A stretch of DNA of 64,000 nucleotides, taken from NCBI GenBank assembly GCA_002633005.1, contig NMRA01000478.1:253594-317593 (forward strand). The letters run 5' to 3'. The notes under the pieces were generated by a model. The model was not told the origin of the DNA, searched no databases, and was given only the letters and a program-made list of their open reading frames with translations. Each line of letters begins with the position of its first letter. Position 1 is the stretch's first letter. The stretch is from Phoronis australis. Lineage: Eukaryota; Animalia; Phoronida. The translations under genes were made by a program, and so were the position numbers. Positions 25,201 through 37,298 of the stretch are shown here, in pieces.

Positions 25201-27795
25201 ATTCTTATTTTCATTGGTCAATCCAAATTGAGCTCATCTTTTTGTGTTATAAGGAATTCCATTGGCTAATCCAATATTTATGGTTAACCTCTGTGAAAAA
25301 ATGCCACGCCGTTCGCGGTTTCGGGGGGATTAATTCTAGGATTTTGCCCAGCCAGTGTCATCTCTGGTTTCCATATTTATGGTTGACATGCACATTTGTC
25401 GTATTCAATTTATGGCAATTACAGCACAAAGGCCTGGGGAAGTCCTGAGAAACTATTACACACAACCTCGCTCTCACTGTCGCCAATTTCAGTTCTGATT
25501 TAACCGTTTAAAAACGTATAAATTTCTGGCAATAACTTGGGAACTTGCTGTAGTTTCAGTTTGGCGCAGGCAGCAGTTTAGCTGACCAACCTGCACCAAA
25601 CTGAAGTGCCCCAAATCAGTTTGGCACAGGCATCAGGTTGGGTAGGCAACACGTAGCCCCTCGGTTGGCCATTTAAGGGCTACAATACTTCCATTCGCTT
25701 TCTGTACGCATTTCATTACATCATGTATTTTAAACGGGCGGTGACCGGATTTGGGTTACCAATTTTGCGTTTTCACCTCGTCATAAATACATTCCACACT
25801 TAAAACTATCATTTAAAAAAATGCTTACTTTCATCATTGGTCCTTTCTACTTCTATACATATCTTTGATGAAGCTTAGTTGTGAGAATTAAGTTGACTTT
25901 GGCGAAGAATTACAACTCCACTTTTTTGGTTGCCGTTAACTTTTTCATCGCGGGCGATAACCACAAAGTATGTCAACTGAGTCACGTGAGTTAGGCAAAG
26001 GCTAGCGCGAGACTGAGCGAAGCGCGTGACGCTGGCGTCTGACGCTTGCAAAATAGCATGAGAAGGTATCAGATGAAATTTGTAAGATTTGTGTCCCTTG
26101 GACTTTTTATTCATCAACATGCCTGATTTCAGGTAAATTCCTCAAAATGGCATCTGGTAAGAAAAACTTGAGCAAACCGTGACAGATTTTCATCGATTTG
26201 TTCAAGTTTTCTTGACTAAATTGTATCCAGAGTCATCATGTCGTGAACACATCCACTAAAACAAGAAACTGTAGGAACACCGCATTTATTCACCTTCACT
26301 CTTATCAGGCTTCTATTGTGAGTCAGCATGCGTGAATAATTGGCTGATAAGCCACCTCTGGAACTATTTTTGGCTGAATGGATGACCAGGCCATAAAATG
26401 ATAATATTAGCCAAGACCAGTTACTAATGCAACAAAGAATANNNNNNNNNNNNNNNNNNNNNNNNNNNNNNNNNNNNNNNNNNNNNNNNNNNNNNNNNNN
26501 NNNNNNNNNNNNNNNNNNNNNNNNNNNNNNNNNNNNNNNNNNNNNNNNNNNNNNNNNNNNNNNNNNNNNNNNNNNNNNNNNNNNNNNNNNNNNNNNNNNN
26601 NNNNNNNNNNNNNNNNNNNNNNNNNNNNNNNNNNNNNNNNNNNNNNNNNNNNNNNNNNNNNNNNNNNNNNNNNNNNNNNNNNNNNNNNNNNNNNNNNNNN
26701 NNNNNNNNNNNNNNNNNNNNNNNNNNNNNNNNNNNNNNNNNNNNNNNNNNNNNNNNNNNNNNNNNNNNNNNNNNNNNNNNNNNNNNNNNNNNNNNNNNNN
26801 NNNNNNNNNNNNNNNNNNNNNNNNNNNNNNNNNGCGCGCCGAATGAAAGTAATCGTGAGTGTTGCTGTGTTGCAAAATCTCTTATCCTGGGCCGATTTGA
26901 AAAATTCAAAGTTGTACTCATATTTGTTTTCGCTCCTCTTTTCAAATATTACAGTAAAAACTACGTAAAACGCTCACCATAAAAAGTACAGTCTGCTAGC
27001 TAGATTGTAATCAGCTGATCGTATCGGCATGAGCGAAGCCAATTATCCTCGCTCGTGACTCGATGACTAGAGCAGCCTGGCGGCATCCCTTTGATCGTGA
27101 GCCGAGTGCGACTCAGCCAAGGTGGATAAATACGGTCTAGTTCAATTTTCCATACCCCGCCGTTTACCTTAAACACTGGGGTTAGAACCAATTTTATTTA
27201 GTGGGAATGTTCATAGCATGATGGTATGTGTTAATTATAACCCCATGTTCTTATATGTATGGTTCATTTGATTTTATTTGCTGTATTTTGAAATAAGTAA
27301 CTTTTTGTGGGGATTTACTATCGCCCCTGTATGTCTGCGGCATCCAGGGCGATGTAATTGCCTGCAGGTTGGGCTGCAACAGGAACATCAAACTATTCCA
27401 AAACATTAAACAATTACGAAAATATTATATTTCTAACCTTAAGTGTACAACAGTCTTCACCTAATTCAGCCATGAATGACAATGTCAGAAAGAAATTTTA
27501 ATTTTTTGGATTATTTTTTCAAGTGGAAAATATGACAGAGAGTGAGCATTCAAAACTTACTATGTTTCGCGCACCATTCAACGTGTTGTTGACATTGCAA
27601 CTTGTGAACGGCAGCTCGGCCTCCTAAAATAGTCTTCCACCACGGTTTCTCAGACTGACTGTGTCTGGATGGATAAAAATAGTATCCATAGTCATCATTT
27701 TCCCTGTTATTAAACTTTTTGCCGAGATCAGGTGTTTGAAATCCTTCGGTTTTGGAGGAGGTTGATTTATCCCTGCCCTCAGAGGAGGCCGCCAT
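19249..27795 (-). CDS. ATP23: Mitochondrial inner membrane protease ATP23 (peptidase M76), 6 exons, 263 aa
   Basis: Exons 27795-27561, 24633-24588, 24196-24115, 22631-22497, 20793-20698 and 19446-19249 have GT-AG ends, compatible phases and total 792 nt. The translation includes NPIVKLLIGAMKSHGC, RHVSCEPC..NVTGGYDP, the HEXXH motif (LSHEFVHAFDFCRA), HLACTEIRAAN and CVKRKALMSILTVRNVS...VFDKCYNDLEP. Confidence 0.95.
21041..21307 (-). pseudogene. Probable decayed THAP zinc-finger domain fragment (transposon relic) in ATP23 intron 4
   Basis: MVRRCVCSGCDN...PFTF...IWHKFMQETG..W resembles a THAP N-terminus. A shifted frame gives YTHVCGA where THAP has xxCxxHF, but the His-Phe is missing. Confidence 0.35.
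21540..22200 (+). repeat. Partial copy of the HINE-like subunit array (family of 14150-16281) in ATP23 intron 4
   Basis: B-, C- and A-type subunit motifs at ~21790 (gatactaggtgg), 21938 (gccactaggggtcacagcag) and 22067 (accactatgaggtac), with gatcc.gtaaggggtttaagagatac and gacgcaaaaa. Confidence 0.65.
26442..26833. other. Assembly gap (392 N) in ATP23 intron 1
   Basis: Run of N. The exons on either side join in frame, so no coding sequence is obviously missing. Confidence 0.99.
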
Positions 27796-28087
27796 TTTCA
27801 GTGAACTTGATTTACGTCTCCATTGTAAAAAGAGTAACACCCCTACCCCAGTCAAAATGTTTGTTTATTGAGTTTGTTATTTTATAACAATGCTTCTGTT
27901 TACATTTTTCTGTCGCTGCATCTCTCAAAGACGTTACGAATTGAAATACAAAGTGTAATATAATTGGAAAATCTACCTTACGGAAATTCGAAACATTATT
28001 TCAGGCAGAGTATTTCCGAGGTTCCTGTATCTGTGGAAACTGACGACGCTTTTGCAGGGAGTCACACGTCCTTGCTCTGGCGGTGCC
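27796..28087. promoter_or_regulatory. Putative bidirectional promoter ATP23/FAM221A with an RFX X-box-like motif at 28027-28040
   Basis: The divergent start codons are 292 bp apart. GTATCTGTGGAAAC has one mismatch to the GTHNYYATRRNAAC X-box consensus. A YY1-like AAAATGGCGGC overlaps the ATP23 start. Confidence 0.65.
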
Positions 28088-31000
28088 ATGTCCGAATACC
28101 CAGTGCATTTAAAACTAGACGGCTCTGCTGCTGCCAGCATAGATGCTTATGTCGAATACAAAAGGTTGTATGTGTAGTAAATGTCGACGTTAGTCTCGGC
28201 TGTTTGTTGTTTGTCGATTCATTACTGCAACTATTGAACTTGGTGTTCTACTCACTTACTGGCTCCGGCACTCTTTGACACTTTGACAAAGTACAATCTG
28301 TTTCTGACCGAGTACGAGTCCTGCCCATACCTTCCTGTCTGCATGAGCAATGTATTTTTAGTACACAACAGACTCCAGTACATATTAATTAAGCCTTCCG
28401 CTTGAAGATTTTCTTCATATTATGCTTAAATCTCGTTATTAAGTATTGATCTTGGAGTGGGTGCAATGAACTTTCAATTTCTTTCAAACCAAGACACAAC
28501 ATATTTTCCATCTGAGTTGGTGCAAACTTTATATACAGTCAAGTGGTCAAGATAATTAAGTTGAGCTTCATCTAGACTAAGTCTTTGCTCAATTTGTTAT
28601 GTTGCAGAATTGTTGGGGATGATGATGGAGGTCGGATGTTCACTCCTGAAGAGTATGAAAATTATAAGCGCACCGTCCTGCCTCAGGTATGTGTTTATAT
28701 TGAGAGGTACAAAATTCAGTGCCAGCGTGTGTCGTTAAAGCAGCCAATGCAAACTTTTGATTTGGACTATTTATCAAAGCGATCTTGCTTGTAACTCAGA
28801 TGAGAAGTGGTTTCTGGGTTTGCAAAAAATATAATTCTCTATTCCTTAAGGCTTTGCTCCAACAGCAATTAAAATTGCACGTGGTGACAAGCCAATTTGT
28901 AGAACCCCAAAATCTGTTTCTTTCTAAGCCCTAAATCATCAAATTTAATTTGAGACCAATTTCATGCTGGTGTGTGGTCTAATTGTTATGATGGAAGGTT
29001 GTTGAGAGGTCAAACCAAACAAGGTCACACTGCCAGACCCTACAAAGTGAGCTATGGAACTGGAGACTTCACTCAAGGGTCAAGCAGTTTGGTCTTGTTT
29101 GATTTGATATATCATGGAACAGGAGACCTATCTCAAGGGTGTACCTGTGTGGTCTTATTTGGTTTGATCTCGCACAGAACAGGAGAGCTCTTTAAGGGTC
29201 TAACAGTGTGATTTGATTTCACTATCTCCAGATTTAGATTCCGCAACTCTACTCACTAGATCACACTATATTCTCTCTTTGAATAGCATGACCCATGTCA
29301 ACAATGTGGCCAAGTACTCCTTCAGTCAAATCATTACCATGTCAACAATGTGGCCAAGTTCTCCTTCAGTCAAATAATTATCATTTAGTGGTAATTAACA
29401 CAGACGTTTTCTTGTCTGTACTCATTTTGTGTAAAATTGTTCATCTTACAGAGAATGAAGAATCGCATCTTTGTTGCATGGGCATCATCAACAGGTATGG
29501 ACTGTAAGCTGGTGGGACCTGAGACACCATGCTTCTGTACTCACAGGTGACTGTTATAACTTCATGTACACTAAGTGCTGCTTTTTAAAAACAGAGCAAA
29601 TGTCAGTTGAAGAAGTCAAGTTGAAAGCTGCTCCTTGTGTCTTACAGAATGTATTATAAATCAATCATACAGTTGAAATAAATTTGATTTCAAATAATAT
29701 TGGTTTAGTACTACATGCCAGGAAAAATAGTTACCATGTACTTACCTGATGTTCAAATCCTGTTGGCAACGCAGCTTAACATGCAGTTGACAATGCAGTC
29801 ATGCACATGCCCACATATATTCAGGGGCGCATACTTCTTTAACAATATGTATGAAGAATTTTTCGTGACTGATAATTTTCTCTCTCAAGATATCGCCAGC
29901 ACAAGACAGACTTCAAGCAGATACCGTCACAACGCCCCATCTTACTGCCATGTAAAGTGCCAAAATGTAAATGTTTGACATACCATTACATTCCACTTAA
30001 TGGGAGCCAGCCTATCAGGTGTACCTGCAAGCATTTTGCTGACGATCACTCAGAGATAGACCCTTACAAGTGTAGGAAAGGTTGGTCTTTATTTGATGTC
30101 ATTGTAATCAATTGTCATCTGTGACTGGAGCTTGTGAGAACAAAATATAGTTTATAATCAGTGGCGGATTTAGGGAGGTGGGGAAGGAGGCCATGCCCCC
30201 CCCCCTAAAATTCTCCCAGATACCATTTGAGGGGGCGGGCAAATGCACAATGCATAGGCATGAACAAACCTCGTTTACGTTTTTTTAGTAATAAGGTCCA
30301 CAAACTCAAATATTTGAGACCCCTGCATCCCTACATATTAGGCTGGGCATGCACATGTGGCAAAATTGTGTTTTTTTTCTGTGCCTTGCGCCCNCCCCCC
30401 CCCCCGCCAACTCAATATCCTGGATCCACCCCTGATAATAGCCTAGTCACGTTGAATATTTAGTTTAAAGTTTTTCATTTCAAGTTTGCTTGAATGTCTA
30501 ACATCATTACATAATTTCTAAAACCTGGTTATATTTATGGATGCTGAAATCATCTGAAAATCTGTTGGTCATAACTGATTTCATCTAACTAGTAAGTACA
30601 TATTTCAAAGTTTAAATTATTTTACTGGCAATTTTTATTTGTAGAAACTTGTAAGTGTTCGGCATTCAGGAGTTCGTTCACATGTGGCTGTGGTGAACCT
30701 GTTCACATGCATACAATGATTGTGGAGACGAAGGAGGAGAGACAAGCCAGGGGGCACCCGGTGGGACAGGATGTTGGTTACCAAGCCATGGGTGGCCTGA
30801 CAGGCTTCTCTTCGCTCATGGATGGCTACATGAGACTGGATCCCAGTGGAATAGGTTGTTATATTATTTTGAAATAAAATAAGTAACATGTTTATGTCCC
30901 TTAAAAATGAAAATTAAATCTGCTAGAAAACAAAAATTAACTTAGGTCTTCTCCCTCATCAAATCAGTCTCATAATATTGCTATGCTTTCCGATAGAGGA

Positions 31001-32716
31001 TTCTGTTTATGTTGCCAACTAGAACATCAGAAGTAACTCAACAAAACACTGCTGAGTGTGCTGCAGTTGACCCCCCCCCCCCAACCTAAAATTCAGAATT
31101 TGAAAATGGCTTGCGTACACATTGCCTGTGACTTCAGTTGATAATGGAGTCGTGTTAGAACAAGGATTATTATAAGATCGGTTTTATGAGAGTAAAGGCC
31201 TAGTTGGATTTTTTATGTTTAGCCAGCTAAACAGGATGAGCTGCAACTTTATAGAATTAATAGACACAAGCTTTTGATCGAAACTGCTTTTCCTTGGGCA
31301 TATTTGTCTTGTTTTTGCACATAGAAAGAATGATAATGACAATTATTTAGTAATTTATTTTATCTCAATTACACTTGTTCTCAGTTCACTATTTCCATGT
31401 ATTTCAGTGATATTTACATTTAAAATTGTAAAGTTACATATATATAAGCAATTTAGGTTGCTCATGACTAAAAGTTAACAGAGAAGCTCGGCATACTTTA
31501 GCCCATGCGAGAGTACCATAACATGTATGAAAATGTTTGTGAAAGTCTAAGTTTTATGTGGTACCTTTGTACATGCAGTTTTAGCTGCAAGCATTTTGGA
31601 CACTCATCTGCCTTCTTTTGTGTTAGATGATTGCAGAAACAGTTTACTTTGAACAATTGCTATTATTGGAAACAAGTGGTTCACTACTCATGCCATGGTG
31701 TTTCTTGTACTTATTAAACATGTATCATATGCCAAACAAGTGAAAGTGTTGTTTCACTGATTTTTTTTCACTCATAATTACAGGTGCACCTTCCAAGGAG
31801 TTTTTGGAACAACCTATAGGCCCTGATGATCACCCATTCTTGCGATCTAATGTGACATCTATACAGGCCCACCGACTGGCGCTAAAGGGTATGGCCTGTT
31901 ATATGTCATTGGCGTTAGATAAATTGTTTTTTTTTTGTTTCCCTTGCCCTCAACACCGTAGTACTTTCCAGTATTTTACAAATGATAACGACAATGGAAA
32001 TGACCATCCCCATTTCAATGCATTTGATGTTATTTAATTTTCTTATCTGTAGGGCCTAATGCTGTTGATGAAGACCTTGCTGAGAGAATGTCAGCCATGA
32101 AGAAACCTGGTGAGACAGACATGGACTTCTATGAGAGGAGGTATCAAGAAAGGGTAAGTGAAGAGGATGAGACAAAAAATAGGCCTTAGAACGTGTTCAA
32201 GATATTTTTGTGAAGTCATAGCTATGTGTTGTTCAGTGGTTGTGTACCAACATTAAGTAAACGTCAGCTAAGATTTGTCTTAACGTGGAAACCGTGCCCA
32301 TGATGGCTGGGTTCAAGTGTAGATGATTCACCATTGGAGTAGCTGGTCTGATCCACTGTCTTAAAGACGGGTTAATTGAGGACTGTTTTGCTGTGTACTA
32401 GAGTACTTATATGTGAATGAGTGCCCCAGGAATAACATGCTGAGCTCTAGTTTAACCGAGACGAAACAGGTTGAAGAGGCAAAACTCTTATCAGTCAAGC
32501 TAAAATTTTGAGAATCGAACTAATTTAGAAAACTACAGGGATAACCATAAAGGTGAATCTAACATGTATTTTCAGCAAAAGGCGGAGCGTGCAAGAGCAA
32601 GGGGTGTGACTGCGGCCCCTAAACACACGGGTGCACGGTCAGGTCCATCTACGTCGACAGGAGGAACCACAGCAAGTAGGGGAAGTGCAAGGAAATCGTC
32701 CAAACCAAGCCGATGA
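28088..32716 (+). CDS. FAM221A: Protein FAM221A homolog, 8 exons, 332 aa
   Basis: Exons 28088-28164, 28608-28686, 29452-29546, 29890-30080, 30645-30854, 31784-31888, 32053-32153 and 32576-32716 have GT-AG ends, are in phase and total 999 nt. Motifs RIVGDDDGGRMFTPEEYE, TGMDCKLVGPET.CFCTHRY.QHKTD, PLNGSQPIRC.CKHFAD, AMGGLTGFSSL.DGYMRLD.SG and DMDFYERRYQER match recalled FAM221A. Confidence 0.93.
29050..29375. repeat. Two short intronic tandem repeats (3 x ~60 bp at 29050-29215; 2 x 45 bp at 29294-29376)
   Basis: ggaac(a/t)ggaga...aagggt...gtct..tttg.tttgat occurs three times; catgtcaacaatgtggccaagt.ctccttcagtcaaat occurs twice. Confidence 0.75.
30159..30434. mobile_element. MITE-like element with CAG(T/G)GG(C/T)GGAT TIRs in FAM221A intron 4
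   Basis: cagtggcggatttagg ... cctggatccacccctg, with G/C runs inside and ataat on both flanks (possible short TSD). Confidence 0.7.
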
Positions 32717-33019
32717 CTAATTGGAAGAGAGAAAATACTTAAACGTGTGGTGCATTCAGTACAAGAAAACTTCATTCAAGATGGTGGATTATTCCAATGC
32801 AGTTCTGCTTGGGCTGTGAAATTTGTGCCTGCGTGTTCGAACATTCTGAGCCAAAAAATGATTGGCAGTTTGTTTATTGGATATTAATCCATTATGTAGA
32901 ATGCTCTCTCAGTCAGCTGTTTCTAGTGTTCAAAGCAATGGTTTACATGTGTTTGGTACTGTTGAAAGTGCTTGTGCTCTGTTATTGTCAGAGCATGATT
33001 GGAACAAGTAACAATCGTC

Positions 33020-33025
33020 AATAAA
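33020..33025 (+). other. Candidate polyadenylation signal of FAM221A
   Basis: AATAAA ~300 bp after the stop, followed by T-rich sequence. Confidence 0.5.
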
Positions 33026-36000
33026 TATTTTATTTTATTTTTTTGTTTTGAGATGTACATATTTACATTAAAACACACATTATTCAAATCAATTAACATT
33101 TTTTGTACTGTTGATTTTAGATATCCTTATAGTGCATCAAAATATATCAAATTCGGGGTAGATTTTTGGGGAGACACGGGACACATGGTTCCCTCACTTT
33201 TTACAGGTAATAAATGGTATCTGTGGAAACCCATTCTTTGTCATATTATGGTCTTCAGCCAGTTTACGTACATTTCACGTCATGTTACATTTGTTGGACA
33301 ATAAGATATCTTGAAAATGCTTCAGAATTATGAAGAATTAAATTTATGTCTCCACGGTTAGCCTTCGTGGTGAGCGTTCCCCACTACCCACGCCGTGTTT
33401 TCTAGGACTGCAGTGCGGTGCCTCCCGAGCAGGAGCGGCAAAAATCGATGACAATTGCGAGAAGAGGACAACTACCTTCTCTTCCCTCGCTGGGTGATGA
33501 CAATCTAAGCTACGTCACTGAACCGTGTGTAACTTTTTATGATAATAAAACCTGATGGACAATTTGCTTCCCGCATGACATCATAACAGTGCTGCACCCA
33601 ATAAGAACGCAAATAGTCAGCCGACCAAAACATTTTATCATCTAAATAAAATTTTGGTGGCTTAATGATAATGAGTTAGCTAATGAGGTCGTTATTTAAG
33701 CACCACTCTCACTGATGGCTAACCAGTTCACTCTAGCCAATTAAAAAACAAAGTCATACAGAGAATGAGGCTTCGTTTTTTGCTGCTTCCAGAGAAGCCA
33801 GTTGCCATTGATGTGAATATTTGTTTAAATGAGTCAATATTTAATTCTTTAACATATGTCTACGCACTAGCTTTCATTCAACTCTGTAGCATTACAACTG
33901 CGTCCAAATTTATTCAAAATTCTCCAAGCGGGGTCAATGTACCTCAGTATCGAAGGTACTTTCGATTCACATGATTATTTCATTAACAAGTTGTTATTTA
34001 GTCCCATGTTGTTTGTGTACTTTAAATATCAAGTGTTGCTGGTGACATGTCTTTCCAAACGATTTGTGTAAGTACGAAAGTAATTACTTGGTCATAACTT
34101 CCAACCCTTCACATTACAAAAGGTAAGGATCAACGATTGCGTTGACAATATATTGCACATTTTCAGACGATTCAAGTGATACTTTACACTGGAAGAAAGA
34201 AGGTGAATGAACGTTAAAATCCCGTAATTAGCCGTGTCACTACAAGCGAAGTAATGCAATTTCTGGGAAAACTGAAAGATGAATCGCCTATGTGAATTGA
34301 ATGCCATTAGCCTGATTTCTTCGGATAATAGGCCACTGGTCGCTCTTTTGTTGTGTTGTCTCTGCTGGACTACCAGGATCTGTCCTATCAAAATTAATAT
34401 TGACTGGCCAAATCACTCCATAAAATACTGAATTAAATAACAGAACAAAACAAAACAGCTCAGTGTTAGTTTAAAATGGCGGACATGATGTCTTTTTAGT
34501 CGAAAATGTACTTCCTAACGAAATTTAAAATTGCAGCATGGCCTTCTATTCGATTGTGAGTCCATAAAAACAATTAAAGAGGCATGGAACGCGAAGGCTC
34601 GTCAAAAATATCTTTAAAACAATGCCTGACTACTAAAGTACCATTTCGCAGCGCCTAGTACAGTACACTTTCGCTGTGAGGAAATTTCCAGAAAAAATCA
34701 CAAAATTCCCAATTTTCAAAATACGCGCGAAGGAAAAAAACGTGGTTACAACAGAGTTTCTAACCTCCCTTCCACTTATGATAAATACTCGCGTGCGCTC
34801 AAATCAGTTGCTTGAAGTCGCTTGAGGTCAAAGGTCACATTTCCACAGAACGAAAATGTGCTACATCTGTGTCTTGCCATACCAAATGAGGAGACGTGCC
34901 TTGTCGGAGAAAAATCGACGAAGTGGCGAGGAAGTTGAGAGATCGTTTTTTAAAATTTGAAATAAAAGAAAATCTTTGATGTCTACAGAAATTAAAAATC
35001 TTCATGAACAAAACCTAAAAATACCTGGCGAGTAGGCTGAATTCTGTTTTTTTTTCAATGGCAGAGAATCACTTTCAGTGTTGCAATTCCGTCTGTTTAT
35101 CACGTTCCAGAATTCTTTAATGCGTGTGGCCATATGTTTGGGAATGTAGCGCACCGAAACTGGCGAGTTTTGTAAGTTTCAGCAACGCGTAACATTCAAG
35201 TGCCGTTTTTCAAAATTTCCTATTTGAAAATTTGTAAACCAGTAATTAGAGGCACATTTAACCATATTTTACATGCAAGTGGAATTATGCTCAAGGTCAG
35301 CGTAATTATTATCAAATACCGAAAAACAAAGAGCTAAAAATCAGACAACAGTATTATACAGTATGATTGATTATCAATTTATAATTTACAAATTCTTAAA
35401 TAAAGTACTTAGCTAATTACGTTTGAGAACAATGAAAGACAGAAGGGTTTGGGTATATGGAAACGTTTTTCAGACCAAATTACATCATACTTTTATCAAA
35501 TTTTGAGCCACTTTGAACTTGTGCTACAGAACTATTTGTACGTCGTGTTCTTAAAACAAACATAAGATATGTTTATTGGCTGATAACATAACTAGTTAAA
35601 TGGCAAATGCAACCAAGCTAGGTCTAAGACAGGAATATTTTGGCTGTTCATATATCTAATGGTAGCGTATGAACAAACGATGAACGTCTTTCAGGAACAG
35701 AATAAAATGTTTTGGTTAGTATGCAAGCTTTGCCTCAAAACTAACCCAAATCACTTCAAGAGTTCATCCACAAAACACCATTAATACACTATAGCCCGGC
35801 ATGCGCGCACCCAGCCTTTAGTATGGGGTGCCCGAATCTCTGACAAAGTGAACCTTTTGCTAACAAAAAAGCGGGAGGACTAAAAAACTGGTGTACCACC
35901 TTCAGGTCTGTGAACTGTGCGTCTGCGCCTTTTTAGTGGAATTTTGTCTCGTTTTCTCGGACTTTTTGTTTCTCTCAGTGAGGCGGACTTTTTTACCCAC

Positions 36001-36099
36001 TTCGTTCGAGCCCCCCACCCCCTGGGTACGCACATGCAAAAGCAACGCCACAGATCTTGCCTTGTATGCATGTGGTGGATATGCAAATCCTGTCAAGGC

Positions 36100-36945
36100 A
36101 ACCCGTTATAAGACTTTTAAAACTATGTTACTGGTACTTGTGATGGCACAGTTTTGATAGGGCCCTTTATTTACCCCCATTCTTTTGCATGTGTTTCATG
36201 CAATTTTAAAGAAACAGTTGACATGCTTATTTGCATTGGCTGCCATAGAAACCATTTTTGAGTTTTCAAATTCGTGCTCCTGGTTTTGTTGTACTAACCA
36301 GAAGTCTTTGATTAGTAATTGATCTTTGCAAATAATATATCACATCAGCTGTATGCAGTTTCTATGCTGTGTGCACCTTTGCCCTGGTAACCATTTTTGT
36401 ATTATCAAAATTGTTCTACTTTTTATGATACATCTTTAAAAAGCAAACAAGCAGTTTGAACGCTTTGAATTTTCGTCGATGTGTGACTTGTGGAACTAGT
36501 GTAAACTCCAAAACACCTGGTTACCTTGGAAACGGTACGAATTCAAGCTTGACAACTCCTCAACGTTTTTAGGAAAGGTAATTAAAGTGCTTTGAACATG
36601 GTTGCCTATTTCTAACATGACTGCTGTAAAACCTAAAATTGGTGATCTTATGAGTGAAAATATCTGGTCACCATGGTAATAGTACTCATCACCCCGAAGT
36701 TTCAACAAAGCGTCACTTTAAATACTATGTGCGTGGTTGCCTACTAGTCTAAAATGATTTCTATCTCAAAACTGAAATCGTAGATTTGGCTGTAAAAATT
36801 ACTGGTTATCATGGCAACGGTACATATTTCAGCTTGGCATCTCCTTTAAGTTTCAAGGGAGGGTCACTGTAACACGTTTGCCTGTGCATAACATGACAAT
36901 GCCATTAAGGCTAAATTAGCATATTTTGGCCGGCTGACTAAAAGA
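36100..36945 (+). mobile_element. Second HINE-like element with ~140 bp degenerate subunits
   Basis: GTTNCCATGGNAAC-like motifs start at 36239, 36378, 36520, 36667 and 36805 (spacing 138-147 bp). It ends in ...ggccggctgactaaaa. Boundaries are approximate. Confidence 0.5.
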
Positions 36946-37298
36946 AAACAGTGGTCACATCCCAACGCCACGTTCGTAGCTTGTTAATTAGACGTCGGTC
37001 GATACAACTGCTTGGTGTTATTCGTTACTTGGTGCATGCACTTGAAGTTTTCATGGTAACACAGCCTTTCTGACTACATTCTTCTATTGAAAAAGGTGAG
37101 AAGTTCGCATTCAATAAAAAAGGATACTTGGTTGTTTGTGTTTGACGTGAGGTAAATATTACCAGCAACGTTTTGGTTGGTCTATCAATGTCAGTACCGA
37201 AGTAGAAACTGGTGACCTGGTGAGCGTCGTGCGAGCGAGGCCCATGCCAGCATTTATTGAGGTAATCCATCGTTGCCATTGACGCCTTGGAGATGGCA

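Noticed and set aside
26216-26945. Long ORFs across the N gap
   Set aside because: Artefacts of translating Ns.
32270-32480. Possible SINE or tRNA-derived sequence (also ~38330-38480)
   Set aside because: No clear A/B boxes or cloverleaf, and no second copy in the window to support it.
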